Below, one piece after another: positions 10,201 to 17,413 of a stretch of 56,740 bases of DNA; positions within the stretch are counted from its first letter, which is position 1; every line of letters begins with the position of its first letter. Under the pieces are notes generated by a model that saw nothing but the letters and a program-made list of their open reading frames with translations, made no database searches and had not been told where the DNA came from. This stretch comes from Candidatus Micrarchaeota archaeon. Its GTDB lineage: Archaea > Iainarchaeota > Iainarchaeia > JAADDC01. Location: assembly GCA_027046625.1 (NCBI GenBank), contig JALTXX010000006.1, forward strand, positions 1-56,740, given 5' to 3'. The position numbers and the translations under genes were made by a program.

Positions 10201-11929
10201 CCAGAATGGTTCTCCCCTCATCGGAGGGGAAGTTTATAAGAATGGAGAGGTAGCCTCCTTTTAGAAGAACGGGCACCTCTTTTCCTTTGAAGAGTATTCC
10301 TATAGAGGCTGACAATTTATCTGGATAGGAATCTCTCATCACATCCTTAGGTATGACAATATCGCTTCCTGGCTCGATGCTTCCCGTGGAAAGCACCTTG
10401 TTGCCTACCTTGTATTCGTAGGTGTATTCATCGCCCAGTTCAAGTTTAAAGGTACATGTTTCTTTGCACTCCTTCCTATCGTAAAGCTCTCCATTCTTCT
10501 TTACCTCTACTATTCCGGGCAGAGGAACGCTAACCTTTGTATTTACAACAAGAGTGCCAAAATCCATGGTAACCTCCATGTCATCTGTTAGTTCTACTTT
10601 CCTCTCAACAGATCTGCCATATGCATACGCTGTAAGGGTATAGTTACCCTTTGGAAGGTAGGTTACCACTTTTCCGTTGTTCGTGGATAGTTTCCTATCC
10701 ACCTCTTTTATATGGACGGAAAATACCTTGACGGGTCCCTTTCTATGTTTTGCCTGTATGGTTAGCTTGTAAAGAGGTATAGAAGAGCTATTGGTCAGAG
10801 GAATGAGAGCGTAACCCTCCTCATCGGTGGTAACCTCAAGGTTTCCAACCTTCACAGTTTTGTTCTTTACGGGCTTTCCGTTATCTACAATTTGTTTTTT
10901 AAGATAAAACTGGCCTGTTCCAATATCTGCAACAATAATACTATCCTCGTTTGCAAAGAAAAAGTCAGAGACCCTATCTTTTACCTTTATCTGGTAATCT
11001 CCGGCACACACCTTAAAACTTACAGATCCATCTTTCCCTGTAACCTTTCGGTATGTTCCTCCCTGGGGGGAGAAGAGCTCAACTTGAACATCCTCTTGAG
11101 GCACCCCATCCTTTGCTACAAACACCACCACATTAACCCTTCTGCACTCTTCGTTACCTGCGAGGAACTTTAGATCCTCAAGGGGTTCTAGCTTTACCAT
11201 TCGTGTGTCGGAATTGGTGGTTAGGGTGACATTGAACTTCTTCTCCTTATAACCGACAGCTTTTACCGTAATAGTGTAGAGAACATTTTGCTTCAACTTC
11301 AGGGAGAGCTTGCCATCGTTTGCTTCATATGTAGAAACGGTATCTCCTTCCACTAGCACAAATGCGTGTAGAGCCTTCCCATCTGTATCCGTGATAAACA
11401 GCTCAAGGGTACCCCACCCTTCCTCTGGGGCGGAAGATTGTTTTAGAGTAATGGAAATACTTTCATCGCCTCCCACAAAGAAGGTTCTGCCAGTTCTTTC
11501 AAAGGCCGGATGATCCACTTCAATCCTTATCTCCCCTTCAGGAATGGGTTTAAGCTCTGCATATCCGAAATCATCCGTGTATGCTTCTGCTACAACTTCT
11601 CCGTTGAGAAACGCCTTTACAGTGGCACCTTTTACAGGATTCCCCTCCTCATCCTCCACATAGATAGATAGTATGTACTGGTTTTGAGGGATGGTAAGGA
11701 ATATGAACCCTCCTATTAGAAGTAGAACCACCCCAAGGAATAGAGGGAAGGGAGGGATACCCCTCTCATCTAAAAAATCATGCAATCTGTATACTGGCAA
11801 CCCCCTCTCATCTAAAAAGTCCAGCATTCTGTAGAAGGCATCTTCTAGAGAGGTGTAGAGGTTTCTCAGGATGGTGGCTACCATGTTGTAGTATAAGAGG
11901 CTTGGGAAGGTTTTAAACGTTGGGGTCAT
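4259..11929 (-). CDS. Giant (2556 aa) membrane-anchored cell-surface protein: N-terminal TM anchor, many Ig-like / CarboxypepD_reg-like beta-sandwich repeats, and a roughly 406-aa variable CT domain after CDNRLNV (Cys2151)
   Basis: Uninterrupted 7.67-kb ORF. TM segment FPLFLGVVLLLIGGFIFLTI near residue 60-80. Repeated segments such as VEDEEGNPVKGATVKAFLNGEVVAEAYTDDFGYAEL and TNINGCGIVMLPKGEYTINVSAEGY. The CT domain has 4 small-residue-rich hydrophobic helices. An alternative start at M16 (11884) is possible. Confidence 0.9.
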   Translation of the reverse strand: MTPTFKTFPSLLYYNMVATILRNLYTSLEDAFYRMLDFLDERGLPVYRLHDFLDERGIPPFPLFLGVVLLLIGGFIFLTIPQNQYILSIYVEDEEGNPVKGATVKAFLNGEVVAEAYTDDFGYAELKPIPEGEIRIEVDHPAFERTGRTFFVGGDESISITLKQSSAPEEGWGTLELFITDTDGKALHAFVLVEGDTVSTYEANDGKLSLKLKQNVLYTITVKAVGYKEKKFNVTLTTNSDTRMVKLEPLEDLKFLAGNEECRRVNVVVFVAKDGVPQEDVQVELFSPQGGTYRKVTGKDGSVSFKVCAGDYQIKVKDRVSDFFFANEDSIIVADIGTGQFYLKKQIVDNGKPVKNKTVKVGNLEVTTDEEGYALIPLTNSSSIPLYKLTIQAKHRKGPVKVFSVHIKEVDRKLSTNNGKVVTYLPKGNYTLTAYAYGRSVERKVELTDDMEVTMDFGTLVVNTKVSVPLPGIVEVKKNGELYDRKECKETCTFKLELGDEYTYEYKVGNKVLSTGSIEPGSDIVIPKDVMRDSYPDKLSASIGILFKGKEVPVLLKGGYLSILINFPSDEGRTILVEMGGKTLLNKRVSPSPPSLSLKIPTPSLEDGKYTLRVKVLKNGEEEGSFEQEVTLISAPLKEAEGILYLITPTEEVDAINGKATITYIVVGNATLRFIIKDKKEIPVEGFAYGSIDFTVDRTQPLRVEVLKDERIVATEAITLVYREKKPTGTIEWYFTKNGVPSGRVLINGGKLHVRVYTNNEAKSVEVRVQAGVSSPLFKTFSQEISKDAADKEYVDFTFRGFSFTGDIKDVDIKIVATLHYKDNTREEFTGEGTFYATSIPFQNYDGTELWYYVKWEGEEDTISSESVVSLGGFGHGSLELTLNNETISLSLKNEPQVKEKKVELHGEVKATLVWKTDTFETTIMERSLRATEREYSLEVCILWRREDTVENVNNVSLSIEGVTAGGKELTKRTNINGCGIVMLPKGEYTINVSAEGYVPSKKDVAVPTYSRVDIYLTPINEAPKAILKGVKKKGELYASIESGKQYTLLFDYALTPDSTGATLIVEAFKPDGSSEVKTVKVNDLSGEVEVVVPLYDVDGYARISYTLETDKGASYTDTAVIPALGEARCTNGYGSLLSFDVERDGKTYTDVASALEGDNLEVRAYVIRCSLESSSAKLTLSFGDKKKDISITLKPFDVKEVTLRVKNVKEGSYAAKLQIFSKDGAVLYTNTRNITVLGDRTVFVRVNEGFSFLFKEELPIEVSLPKGIDSIALTLSGPALGDMQPFDVIVGRDSCSAGGGITATFENGRCILTLPGMKGDLQVICKEGLDYVCSVVPEVVTVYIPPGQPLLDIPETITIPFPEGSRFNSVSIPIRNTSPYTIFLAYPENGSMEKVCENGELTLSIPTSIPSSSEEEMDVTLTSESREASCEATLVWGYEFGGEMRYFTTTFTVVKGSIGLSFDVEEPIILVEDRETEIPITINDGSVLSFLDIGGVSISPSSLFTASLSDDDPSDGSISISLSYKGEEVDKPTTWNATLLLSYSIGSLRKKVNIDKEVTVIPSQYLLTFKYNEQTFNRVYVIASSTGEFSNKVTIASNEVSATINGIKNVLSDRISASLSFDALPITINKKSSTSATLSIEVKEVPASSSEYRIVIGTDRGRVELPIHLIPFSTDCIIYQSSVPPGTTQIFITNSCNYPITVNSVTFRPNEAKTIRLPPSSGSDNKIFLSITIPKTVEDGILYLSNAEGYLSITIEEKPNTEVTTIDGEQLTVPSSRYLFLSDVVQRITETAETMKEKEVSFTLYTRKMTLTANHFIDPPILLKCESNPVAAMDIGPGSVTFTLKKEGGLTYLCAKTIPNASLPDVKLPLYWFINPKNPGNLPDKVEVKVESSGAVPDILSNIINNSGATISSESSITFKLGSLNNQAHFKVEETSNSFTVTFNEGVEPSKLEETFKTFIADPTQVVYEKENSNGGITYYVYPPTGEIKKKEFVLLIPYMKSCNGNLKQWSWSIEGSSICSSGMCILAKEGTKATDGITIGNGTTLTIVWKNGTQVEISAGDKSLTFDKKWELPLLVYYIIGGRLVYSEVKLKFMEANINETDLATALGEIKSINELIPKLIEALNTKYPKESYIYPDGFDWSVEEGVVCDNRLNVSADIGDAGLRGELSKIDPQNIVILYDGSSYGTADVKFAEALVNKTTVATFVATCTAVYAACGAWKVWKGGFLSSVAQGVFMCAPSGAAVYNYKDQLKNAIISVERGEVTEAVKEGWLPAVLVGGSIVAADAAIHRWVVDYKRAFEGLKNFNEDGRFAKIFYRDMDSVYDRFARGFFGKKGYEILLENGINPVDIVKAAKDIDNGFEPLAYLKLLLSRAEKGKNGTYVVRVGNESYELDGLLRGLKGNNSGDNLRSALEGIPRIQLGSISSKNAQRTVSDLITGDLKISNPEREASRVSTVAEGLTGKLKNVIKDAGCLAAAYLAGVTSAYAAAKTTKGASLTVIKIDKVSDGMWKIEKVLGLREVYVGVEPDEEKIKIEYRELYKGDTHIKGRMGWSWR
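5474..5565. repeat. Copy B of the 92-nt perfect direct repeat, inside the giant gene just upstream of its CT domain
   Basis: Identical to window positions 1-92. Encodes IEALNTKYPKESYIYPDGFDWSVEEGVVCD. Confidence 0.95.
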
Positions 11930-11941
11930 AAAAATATTTCC
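11930..11941. promoter_or_regulatory. AT-rich TATA-like element in the 28-nt divergent spacer between the giant gene and gatD
   Basis: ataaaaatattt sits about 24 nt upstream of the gatD ATG (11958), which is compatible with a leaderless gatD mRNA. On the other strand it would favour the M16 start of the giant gene. Confidence 0.4.
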
Positions 11942-11957
11942 CCCTCATCTCATTAGG

Positions 11958-13229
11958 ATGGAACCGGGGGATGAGGTAGAATTCTACTGGAGAGGAGCAC
12001 GGAAGAAAGGGGTTTTCATAAAGGAAGAAGGGAAATACCTTATCTTTAAGCTTGAAAATGGTTACAATGTAGGTTTTCCTAAGGACGAGATAGAGAACAT
12101 AAAAATTATCTCTAAAAGGCATGTAGGAAAGCCAAAATTTCATTACAAACCGGAATTTAGGGAGGATCTGCCCCTTGTGGGGCTGGCAGCTACGGGGGGA
12201 ACCATCTCAGCAAGGGTGGACTACATAACAGGAGCGGTCACATCGGAATTTACGGTAGAGGATCTGGTAAACACCTTTCCAGAGATGAGGGAGGTGGCGC
12301 GCCCGAAGCTAAAGCAGATCTCCAATATATTTTCTGAAAACATGGTACCATCGCTGTGGAAAGATATTGCAAGAGAGATTTATGATCTTCTAAAGGAAAC
12401 AGAGGGAGTAGTGGTCACACACGGAACGGATACCATGCACTACACATCTTCATACCTTTCTTTTGCTATAGAAACGGGCAAACCAGTTGTACTAACCGGA
12501 GCCCAGCGCTCCTCAGACAGACCCTCCTCAGATGCAGCTTACAACCTCATCTCCTCCCTTTATGTGGCAGGACACTCCCCTCTAGGAGGAGTATTCGTCT
12601 GTATGCATGCATCTTCCTCAGATGGGAGGAATGCGGTCCATCTTGGGACAAGGGTGAGGAAGATGCATACCAGCAGAAGGGATACCTTCCAGAGCATAGG
12701 AAGGGATCCTGTCGCCTTTGTGGATCTGGAGATGAGGAAAGGAAAGATAGATCGTATCGATCTCGAGGTGCTGGACCCCTCCTTTAGTAGGGGAGATAAA
12801 CTTAACTTGAGAAATTACGTGAATGAAAATGTGGGACTCGTAAAATATTATCCTGGCATGAAAAGGGAGATATTCGAACGCTTCCTCTTCTCCCACGAGG
12901 GAGTTATCATAGAAGGAACAGGATTTGGACACATAAGGGAGGAGCTCATACCCATAATAGAGCAGGCAACACACTCCAACGTATTTGTTGGTATTACGTC
13001 CCAAACCATATGGGGCAGAACACATCCCCATGTATACTCAACAGCTGTAAGGATGGCAGAGGCAGGCGCTGTGTTCCTTGAGGATATGTTGCCCGAAACA
13101 GCCTTTGCAAAGCTTGTTTGGGTGATGGGGTTTGAAAAGGACCTAGAAAAGATAAAGGAGCATATGCTAACAAACTATGCGGGAGAGATTACAGAGAGGA
13201 GTGGGATAACATGGATCTCATCCTTATAA
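11958..13229 (+). CDS. gatD: Glutamyl-tRNA(Gln) amidotransferase subunit D (GatD)
   Basis: Asparaginase-like motifs ATGGTISARVDY and HGTDTM, with a typical GatD N-terminal domain. Overlaps gatE by 19 nt. Confidence 0.9.
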   Translation: MEPGDEVEFYWRGARKKGVFIKEEGKYLIFKLENGYNVGFPKDEIENIKIISKRHVGKPKFHYKPEFREDLPLVGLAATGGTISARVDYITGAVTSEFTVEDLVNTFPEMREVARPKLKQISNIFSENMVPSLWKDIAREIYDLLKETEGVVVTHGTDTMHYTSSYLSFAIETGKPVVLTGAQRSSDRPSSDAAYNLISSLYVAGHSPLGGVFVCMHASSSDGRNAVHLGTRVRKMHTSRRDTFQSIGRDPVAFVDLEMRKGKIDRIDLEVLDPSFSRGDKLNLRNYVNENVGLVKYYPGMKREIFERFLFSHEGVIIEGTGFGHIREELIPIIEQATHSNVFVGITSQTIWGRTHPHVYSTAVRMAEAGAVFLEDMLPETAFAKLVWVMGFEKDLEKIKEHMLTNYAGEITERSGITWISSL

Positions 13230-15505
13230 CAGGTCCCCCAGGTGCAGGAAAGGATACGGTAGCGGATATAATATCAAAGAAGGGGTGGAAACACCTTTCC
13301 ATGTCCCACTTTCTGAAGGAGGAGTATAGAGAGAGGTATGGAAACTACCCTACAGAGGAAGAACTAATCTCCTTTGCAAAGGAAGTTAGAAAGGAGGGAA
13401 GAGATGCGGTTGCCAAACTTCTGAGGCCCCGTCTCTCAGAGAAGACGGTAATTTCTGGCATCCGATCCAAAGAGGAGATAGATTTCTTCAGAAGGGAAGG
13501 GAGAGTTGTGGTGATAAACGTTACAGCTCCTGAGGAAGAAAGGGAGAAGAGACGCCCAGGAGCTCTAAGGAGAGAGGAGAAAGAGAAGGAGTTAGGATTA
13601 TATGAAGCAATGGAAGAGGCAGATGTTACAATAGAAAATGACGGAACTCTTGAAGAACTAAAGGAGAGGGTGGAGTTCATCGTGGATAACATTGAGTGGT
13701 ACTTTCTGGGTTTAAAGGCCGGTTTGGAGATACATCAACAGCTGAATACAAAAAAGCTGTTTTGTTCGTGTCCCTCTGAACTGAGGGAAGAATTCTCCCT
13801 GGAAATAGGGAGGTTTTTGAGGCCAGTAGCCTCGGAACTGGGGGAATTTGACAGAGCTGCTCTTACAGAGTTCAACAAGGGACTGAAGTATGTTTACAGG
13901 GTAAACAAAGATGTGTGCTGTCTTGTGGAGATGGATGAGGAACCTCCCCATCCCCCCACCAGAGAAGCACTGGAAGCTTCTATTATGATGGCCCTGTATA
14001 CAAACTCTAACATTGTTCCTCTCGTTCAGGTAATGAGAAAAATCGTAATAGACGGATCCAATACTACGGGGTTCCAGCGAACCATGCTTATTGCAATGGA
14101 TGGTAAACTAAAAACGCCTCATACAAGTGTAAAAATACCAACTATTTGCTTGGAGGAGGATGCTGCCAGACCTGTGGAAAGAGATGAAGAAAAGGTAGTA
14201 TATATGCTAGATAGATTAGGAATACCCCTTATAGAGATATCCACATCCCCAGATCTGCACTCCCCTCTTGAGGTGAAAGAGGCAGCAGAGCGTATAGGGA
14301 TGCTCTTGCGCTCTACAGGGCTGGTAAAAAGAGGCCTTGGTACCATAAGGCAGGATATAAATATTTCTATAAGAGGCGGCGCCCGCGTGGAGATAAAGGG
14401 TGTCCAGAATCTTGATATGATAGACAAGTACGTTGAGTTTGAAGCGGTGAGGCAGAAAAGGCTCATAGAGCTTATTCCTCTCATAAAAAAGGTTAAGGTT
14501 CATCCTCCCAAGGATATAACGCATGTTTTCTCTTCTACAAAGAGCAAACTGCTGAAAAAAGCATTAGAAAAGGGAGAACGAGTGTTTGGGATAAGACTGG
14601 AAAAGGGAAGGGGTATTATGGGGTATGAGCTGGGACCAAACAGAAGATTTGGAAGCGAAGTAGCAGACTATGTGAGAGTACATGCAGGACTCGGAGGAAT
14701 ATTACATAGTGATGAGCTGCCCGCCTATGGGATAACGGAGGATGAGGTAAGAAAAGTAAAGGAAACACTTTCGTGTAAAGAGGAAGACGGCTTTATACTG
14801 TTTACTTCTAAGGATCCATCTCCTTACAACATTATAAAGGAACGTATAGAGCTGGCAAAGGAAAGGGTGCCCGAGGAGACGAGGAGCCCACGCCCCGATG
14901 GTACTACCTCCTATGCCAGACCTCTTCCCGGAGCTGCAAGGATGTATCCAGAAACGGATCTTCCCCCTATGGAGACAGAACTCCTAGTAGAAGAGGTAAG
15001 GAAAAAGTTACCTCCCCTCCCAGAGGAGAGAAAGGAGAAACTACTTTCTCTAGGTTTGAAAGTAGAAATGGTAGAAAAGCTCATCAAATCCAGGTACCTG
15101 TTTCTTTTTGAGTATCTTGTGGAAAGAGGTGTTGATCCCAGATTTGCCTCAAATATTATACTAAACAAGTTTCCCTACTGGAGAAGGGAGGGAATAGATA
15201 TAGAAAGCATAGGAGAGGAACGATGGGAAGAGCTACTGAAGGGATACGAGGCTATATATCCAAAGAATGCTATGGATGATATAGTAAAGCTTCTCTTGGA
15301 AGGATACTCATTGAAGGAGGCTGTGGACAAGCTTGGTGTGAGGATGCTATCGGAGGAGGAAACAGAAAAGCTAGTAAAGGAGGTAATAAGGGAACTTGGG
15401 CCTGAAGCAAACGAGGGTAAAATTATAGGGGAGGTAATAAAGAGGAGCAGGGGAAGGGCCAGTGGTAGGGTAGTATCCTCCATCCTTAAAAGGTTGAGAG
15501 CATGA
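13211..15505 (+). CDS. gatE: Glutamyl-tRNA(Gln) amidotransferase subunit E (GatE) with an N-terminal P-loop nucleotide-kinase-like domain of about 157 aa, fused in frame
   Basis: The GatE core starts at FLGLKAGLEIHQQLNTKKLFCSCPSE. The N-terminal part has Walker A GPPGAGKD and a UPF0200/CoaE-like layout (ISGIRSKEEIDFFRREG...). No stop separates the two parts. An in-frame GTG at 13682 could be an internal start. Confidence 0.85.
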   Translation: MDLILITGPPGAGKDTVADIISKKGWKHLSMSHFLKEEYRERYGNYPTEEELISFAKEVRKEGRDAVAKLLRPRLSEKTVISGIRSKEEIDFFRREGRVVVINVTAPEEEREKRRPGALRREEKEKELGLYEAMEEADVTIENDGTLEELKERVEFIVDNIEWYFLGLKAGLEIHQQLNTKKLFCSCPSELREEFSLEIGRFLRPVASELGEFDRAALTEFNKGLKYVYRVNKDVCCLVEMDEEPPHPPTREALEASIMMALYTNSNIVPLVQVMRKIVIDGSNTTGFQRTMLIAMDGKLKTPHTSVKIPTICLEEDAARPVERDEEKVVYMLDRLGIPLIEISTSPDLHSPLEVKEAAERIGMLLRSTGLVKRGLGTIRQDINISIRGGARVEIKGVQNLDMIDKYVEFEAVRQKRLIELIPLIKKVKVHPPKDITHVFSSTKSKLLKKALEKGERVFGIRLEKGRGIMGYELGPNRRFGSEVADYVRVHAGLGGILHSDELPAYGITEDEVRKVKETLSCKEEDGFILFTSKDPSPYNIIKERIELAKERVPEETRSPRPDGTTSYARPLPGAARMYPETDLPPMETELLVEEVRKKLPPLPEERKEKLLSLGLKVEMVEKLIKSRYLFLFEYLVERGVDPRFASNIILNKFPYWRREGIDIESIGEERWEELLKGYEAIYPKNAMDDIVKLLLEGYSLKEAVDKLGVRMLSEEETEKLVKEVIRELGPEANEGKIIGEVIKRSRGRASGRVVSSILKRLRA

Positions 15506-16176
15506 TTGTTGCCCTCTCTTCCTTTGTACACGGTAGTGGGAGGAGTACCATAGCAAAAGAGATTGCAAGAAGGTTAGATGCGATTCATATATCTTCAGGA
15601 GATATATTTAGAGAGATTGCGAGGGAGTATGGGTTTGATGATGTAAAGATGTTTGGGGAATATCTAATGAATAACAAGAGGCTAATGATACAAGTGGAAA
15701 CAGCCATAGATGTGGAGATGCAGGAACGTATCAGAACGCTCTACAGAAGTGGTAAAACAATAGTATTGGATTCAAACCTACATTCCCACCCTGCTCTTCT
15801 TCAAGGGATGGAACATGTAAGTTTCTATGTGTATGCATCACCCTCCATTATAAGAGAGCGGCTTTTGAGGTTTCCTAGAAGGGATGAAAAGTACGGGGAA
15901 GATCCTCTCAGATATGAGCTGGAGAGAACAAGAAAGGATATAAACAGGTATAGACTGTTATCACTTCTTACTCCAAACCCTCTGAGCTATCTGTACAGCT
16001 ACGGCTCTCAGGTATTATCCAAGCTTTACCATCTTTATAAACTTCACATGAGAGGTGCTCCCCTTCTCTGGCTAAGACAGGCCGCCACTTCCGAGGGGGC
16101 ACACTTTCTGGACAACTCTGGACCGTTAGAGAGGAGTGTCAACACTGCTATGGAGCTCATTCTTCAAGGAAGGTGA
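15502..16176 (+). CDS. Cytidylate-kinase-like P-loop protein with a degenerate Walker A motif
   Basis: HGSGRSTIAKEIARRLDAIHISSGDIFREIA resembles archaeal Cmk (GSGK[ST]T...SAG.iFRe.A), but Lys is replaced by Arg. ATGA overlap with the gatE stop. Confidence 0.55.
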   Translation: MIVALSSFVHGSGRSTIAKEIARRLDAIHISSGDIFREIAREYGFDDVKMFGEYLMNNKRLMIQVETAIDVEMQERIRTLYRSGKTIVLDSNLHSHPALLQGMEHVSFYVYASPSIIRERLLRFPRRDEKYGEDPLRYELERTRKDINRYRLLSLLTPNPLSYLYSYGSQVLSKLYHLYKLHMRGAPLLWLRQAATSEGAHFLDNSGPLERSVNTAMELILQGR

Positions 16177-17371
16177 TGGGCCTGGTAAAGTGGAAATTTT
16201 CGTATTTGCTGTACTTATTTAAATGATCCTTTATAAGGTACCCCAGAATGTCTCTGATTCTGAGTTTGGTGGTAACTAACTTTTTCTGCATCTTTGAGTG
16301 CCTCTTGCGCAGTATATTATCCTCTGCATATTTTCTTATGGCTTCTGCTACATCCCTTACAAGCTGCTCATAGAGAGGTCTGGTGGTACGTATCTTCATC
16401 GGACCTTTATACTCTTTTCTAACCTTTGCATGGGAGAAGAGTTCCTTCTTAAACTCTTTCAACACCTCCGGATCGGAAAGGATATCTCTGGCATGCATTA
16501 GGGCTTCTAGGTAGAACCCCATACCCTTTATTCCAGTATCTTTCGAAGCTTCCACTATTCTGTCAAGTTCTGCTGCCACGTCAGAGAAGAAGGCATCTAT
16601 ATGGTAATCTTCCTTTTTGTGGCTGGGATCCGCCTCCTTTATCTGTTCCAGGGATGCTCTAAACCCTTGGGCAACTGCAGACTCTTCGCGTGTGGTTAGC
16701 ATATTGTTCTTCTTTAGCATCTTGTAAAGTGTGGCCAGCTCCTTTCCGTAGAGGTGCTCCTTCCCCTCCTTCACAGCAAGGTATATTTCATCGATAGGGA
16801 CGTTCTTTCCATTTACATTCACACTATCTATTTTCAACCTTCTTGCAGCGGTAATCATTTCAAGAAGTTTATCTCTGGGAGCCAATACTATTTTTGGTAT
16901 CTTCTTGGGCTTTTCAGCTGATCTTAATAACTCTGGATGCCTCTTATCTATTTCTTTATAAACTTTCTCTGCGGCTTCGTTGACAAGTTTCTGTTTGAGC
17001 TCCTTTAGCTTTTCCTTCTTCTGCTCTTTCTTCTTTATGTAGTTCTCCACCCTATCAAGCAGCTCGAATATCTTCTTCTGTTGTATTCTATTCAAAATCA
17101 GCTGTTGTATGCCCTCTTCTGTAGAATACGGACTCATAGGAGATTTGTTAACCTCTTTTAAAACATCTACCAGGTTTATACCTCTCCTTTTTAATGATCT
17201 AAGCCTGCTATAAAGTTTTGAAAGCTCTTCTTCAGAATACTTTGTCAATCCCCATGGACGAGATGTTATGCCATGCTCCCTCAAAGCAGATCTAACGTTG
17301 TTTCTAAGCAGCTCATGGTTGTGGGTAAGCTGTCTCCTCACCCTTCTAAAACCTTCTATTACCCTCTTCAT
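16157..17371 (-). CDS. Hypothetical K/E-rich 404-aa protein
   Basis: Long ORF with no motif I recognise. Confidence 0.6.
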   Translation of the reverse strand: MKRVIEGFRRVRRQLTHNHELLRNNVRSALREHGITSRPWGLTKYSEEELSKLYSRLRSLKRRGINLVDVLKEVNKSPMSPYSTEEGIQQLILNRIQQKKIFELLDRVENYIKKKEQKKEKLKELKQKLVNEAAEKVYKEIDKRHPELLRSAEKPKKIPKIVLAPRDKLLEMITAARRLKIDSVNVNGKNVPIDEIYLAVKEGKEHLYGKELATLYKMLKKNNMLTTREESAVAQGFRASLEQIKEADPSHKKEDYHIDAFFSDVAAELDRIVEASKDTGIKGMGFYLEALMHARDILSDPEVLKEFKKELFSHAKVRKEYKGPMKIRTTRPLYEQLVRDVAEAIRKYAEDNILRKRHSKMQKKLVTTKLRIRDILGYLIKDHLNKYSKYENFHFTRPITFLEE

Positions 17372-17413
17372 GTAAGGGTAATACCAACCCTATATTTAAA
17401 GGTTGGTGATAGG

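Noticed and set aside
4259-11929. About ten plus-strand ORFs of 67-116 aa inside the giant gene (for example 6048..6317, 7950..8246, 9903..10253)
   Set aside because: They lie antisense to a continuous 7.67-kb ORF with clear domain repeats. Their sequences are low-complexity and Ser/Pro/Leu-rich, typical of shadow frames, and they have no motifs.
17273-17413. Long start of the Nep1 ORF, overlapping the divergent 404-aa gene
   Set aside because: Homology to Nep1 begins at MILVLAEAP (17414). The upstream part overlaps the neighbouring gene's 5' end.
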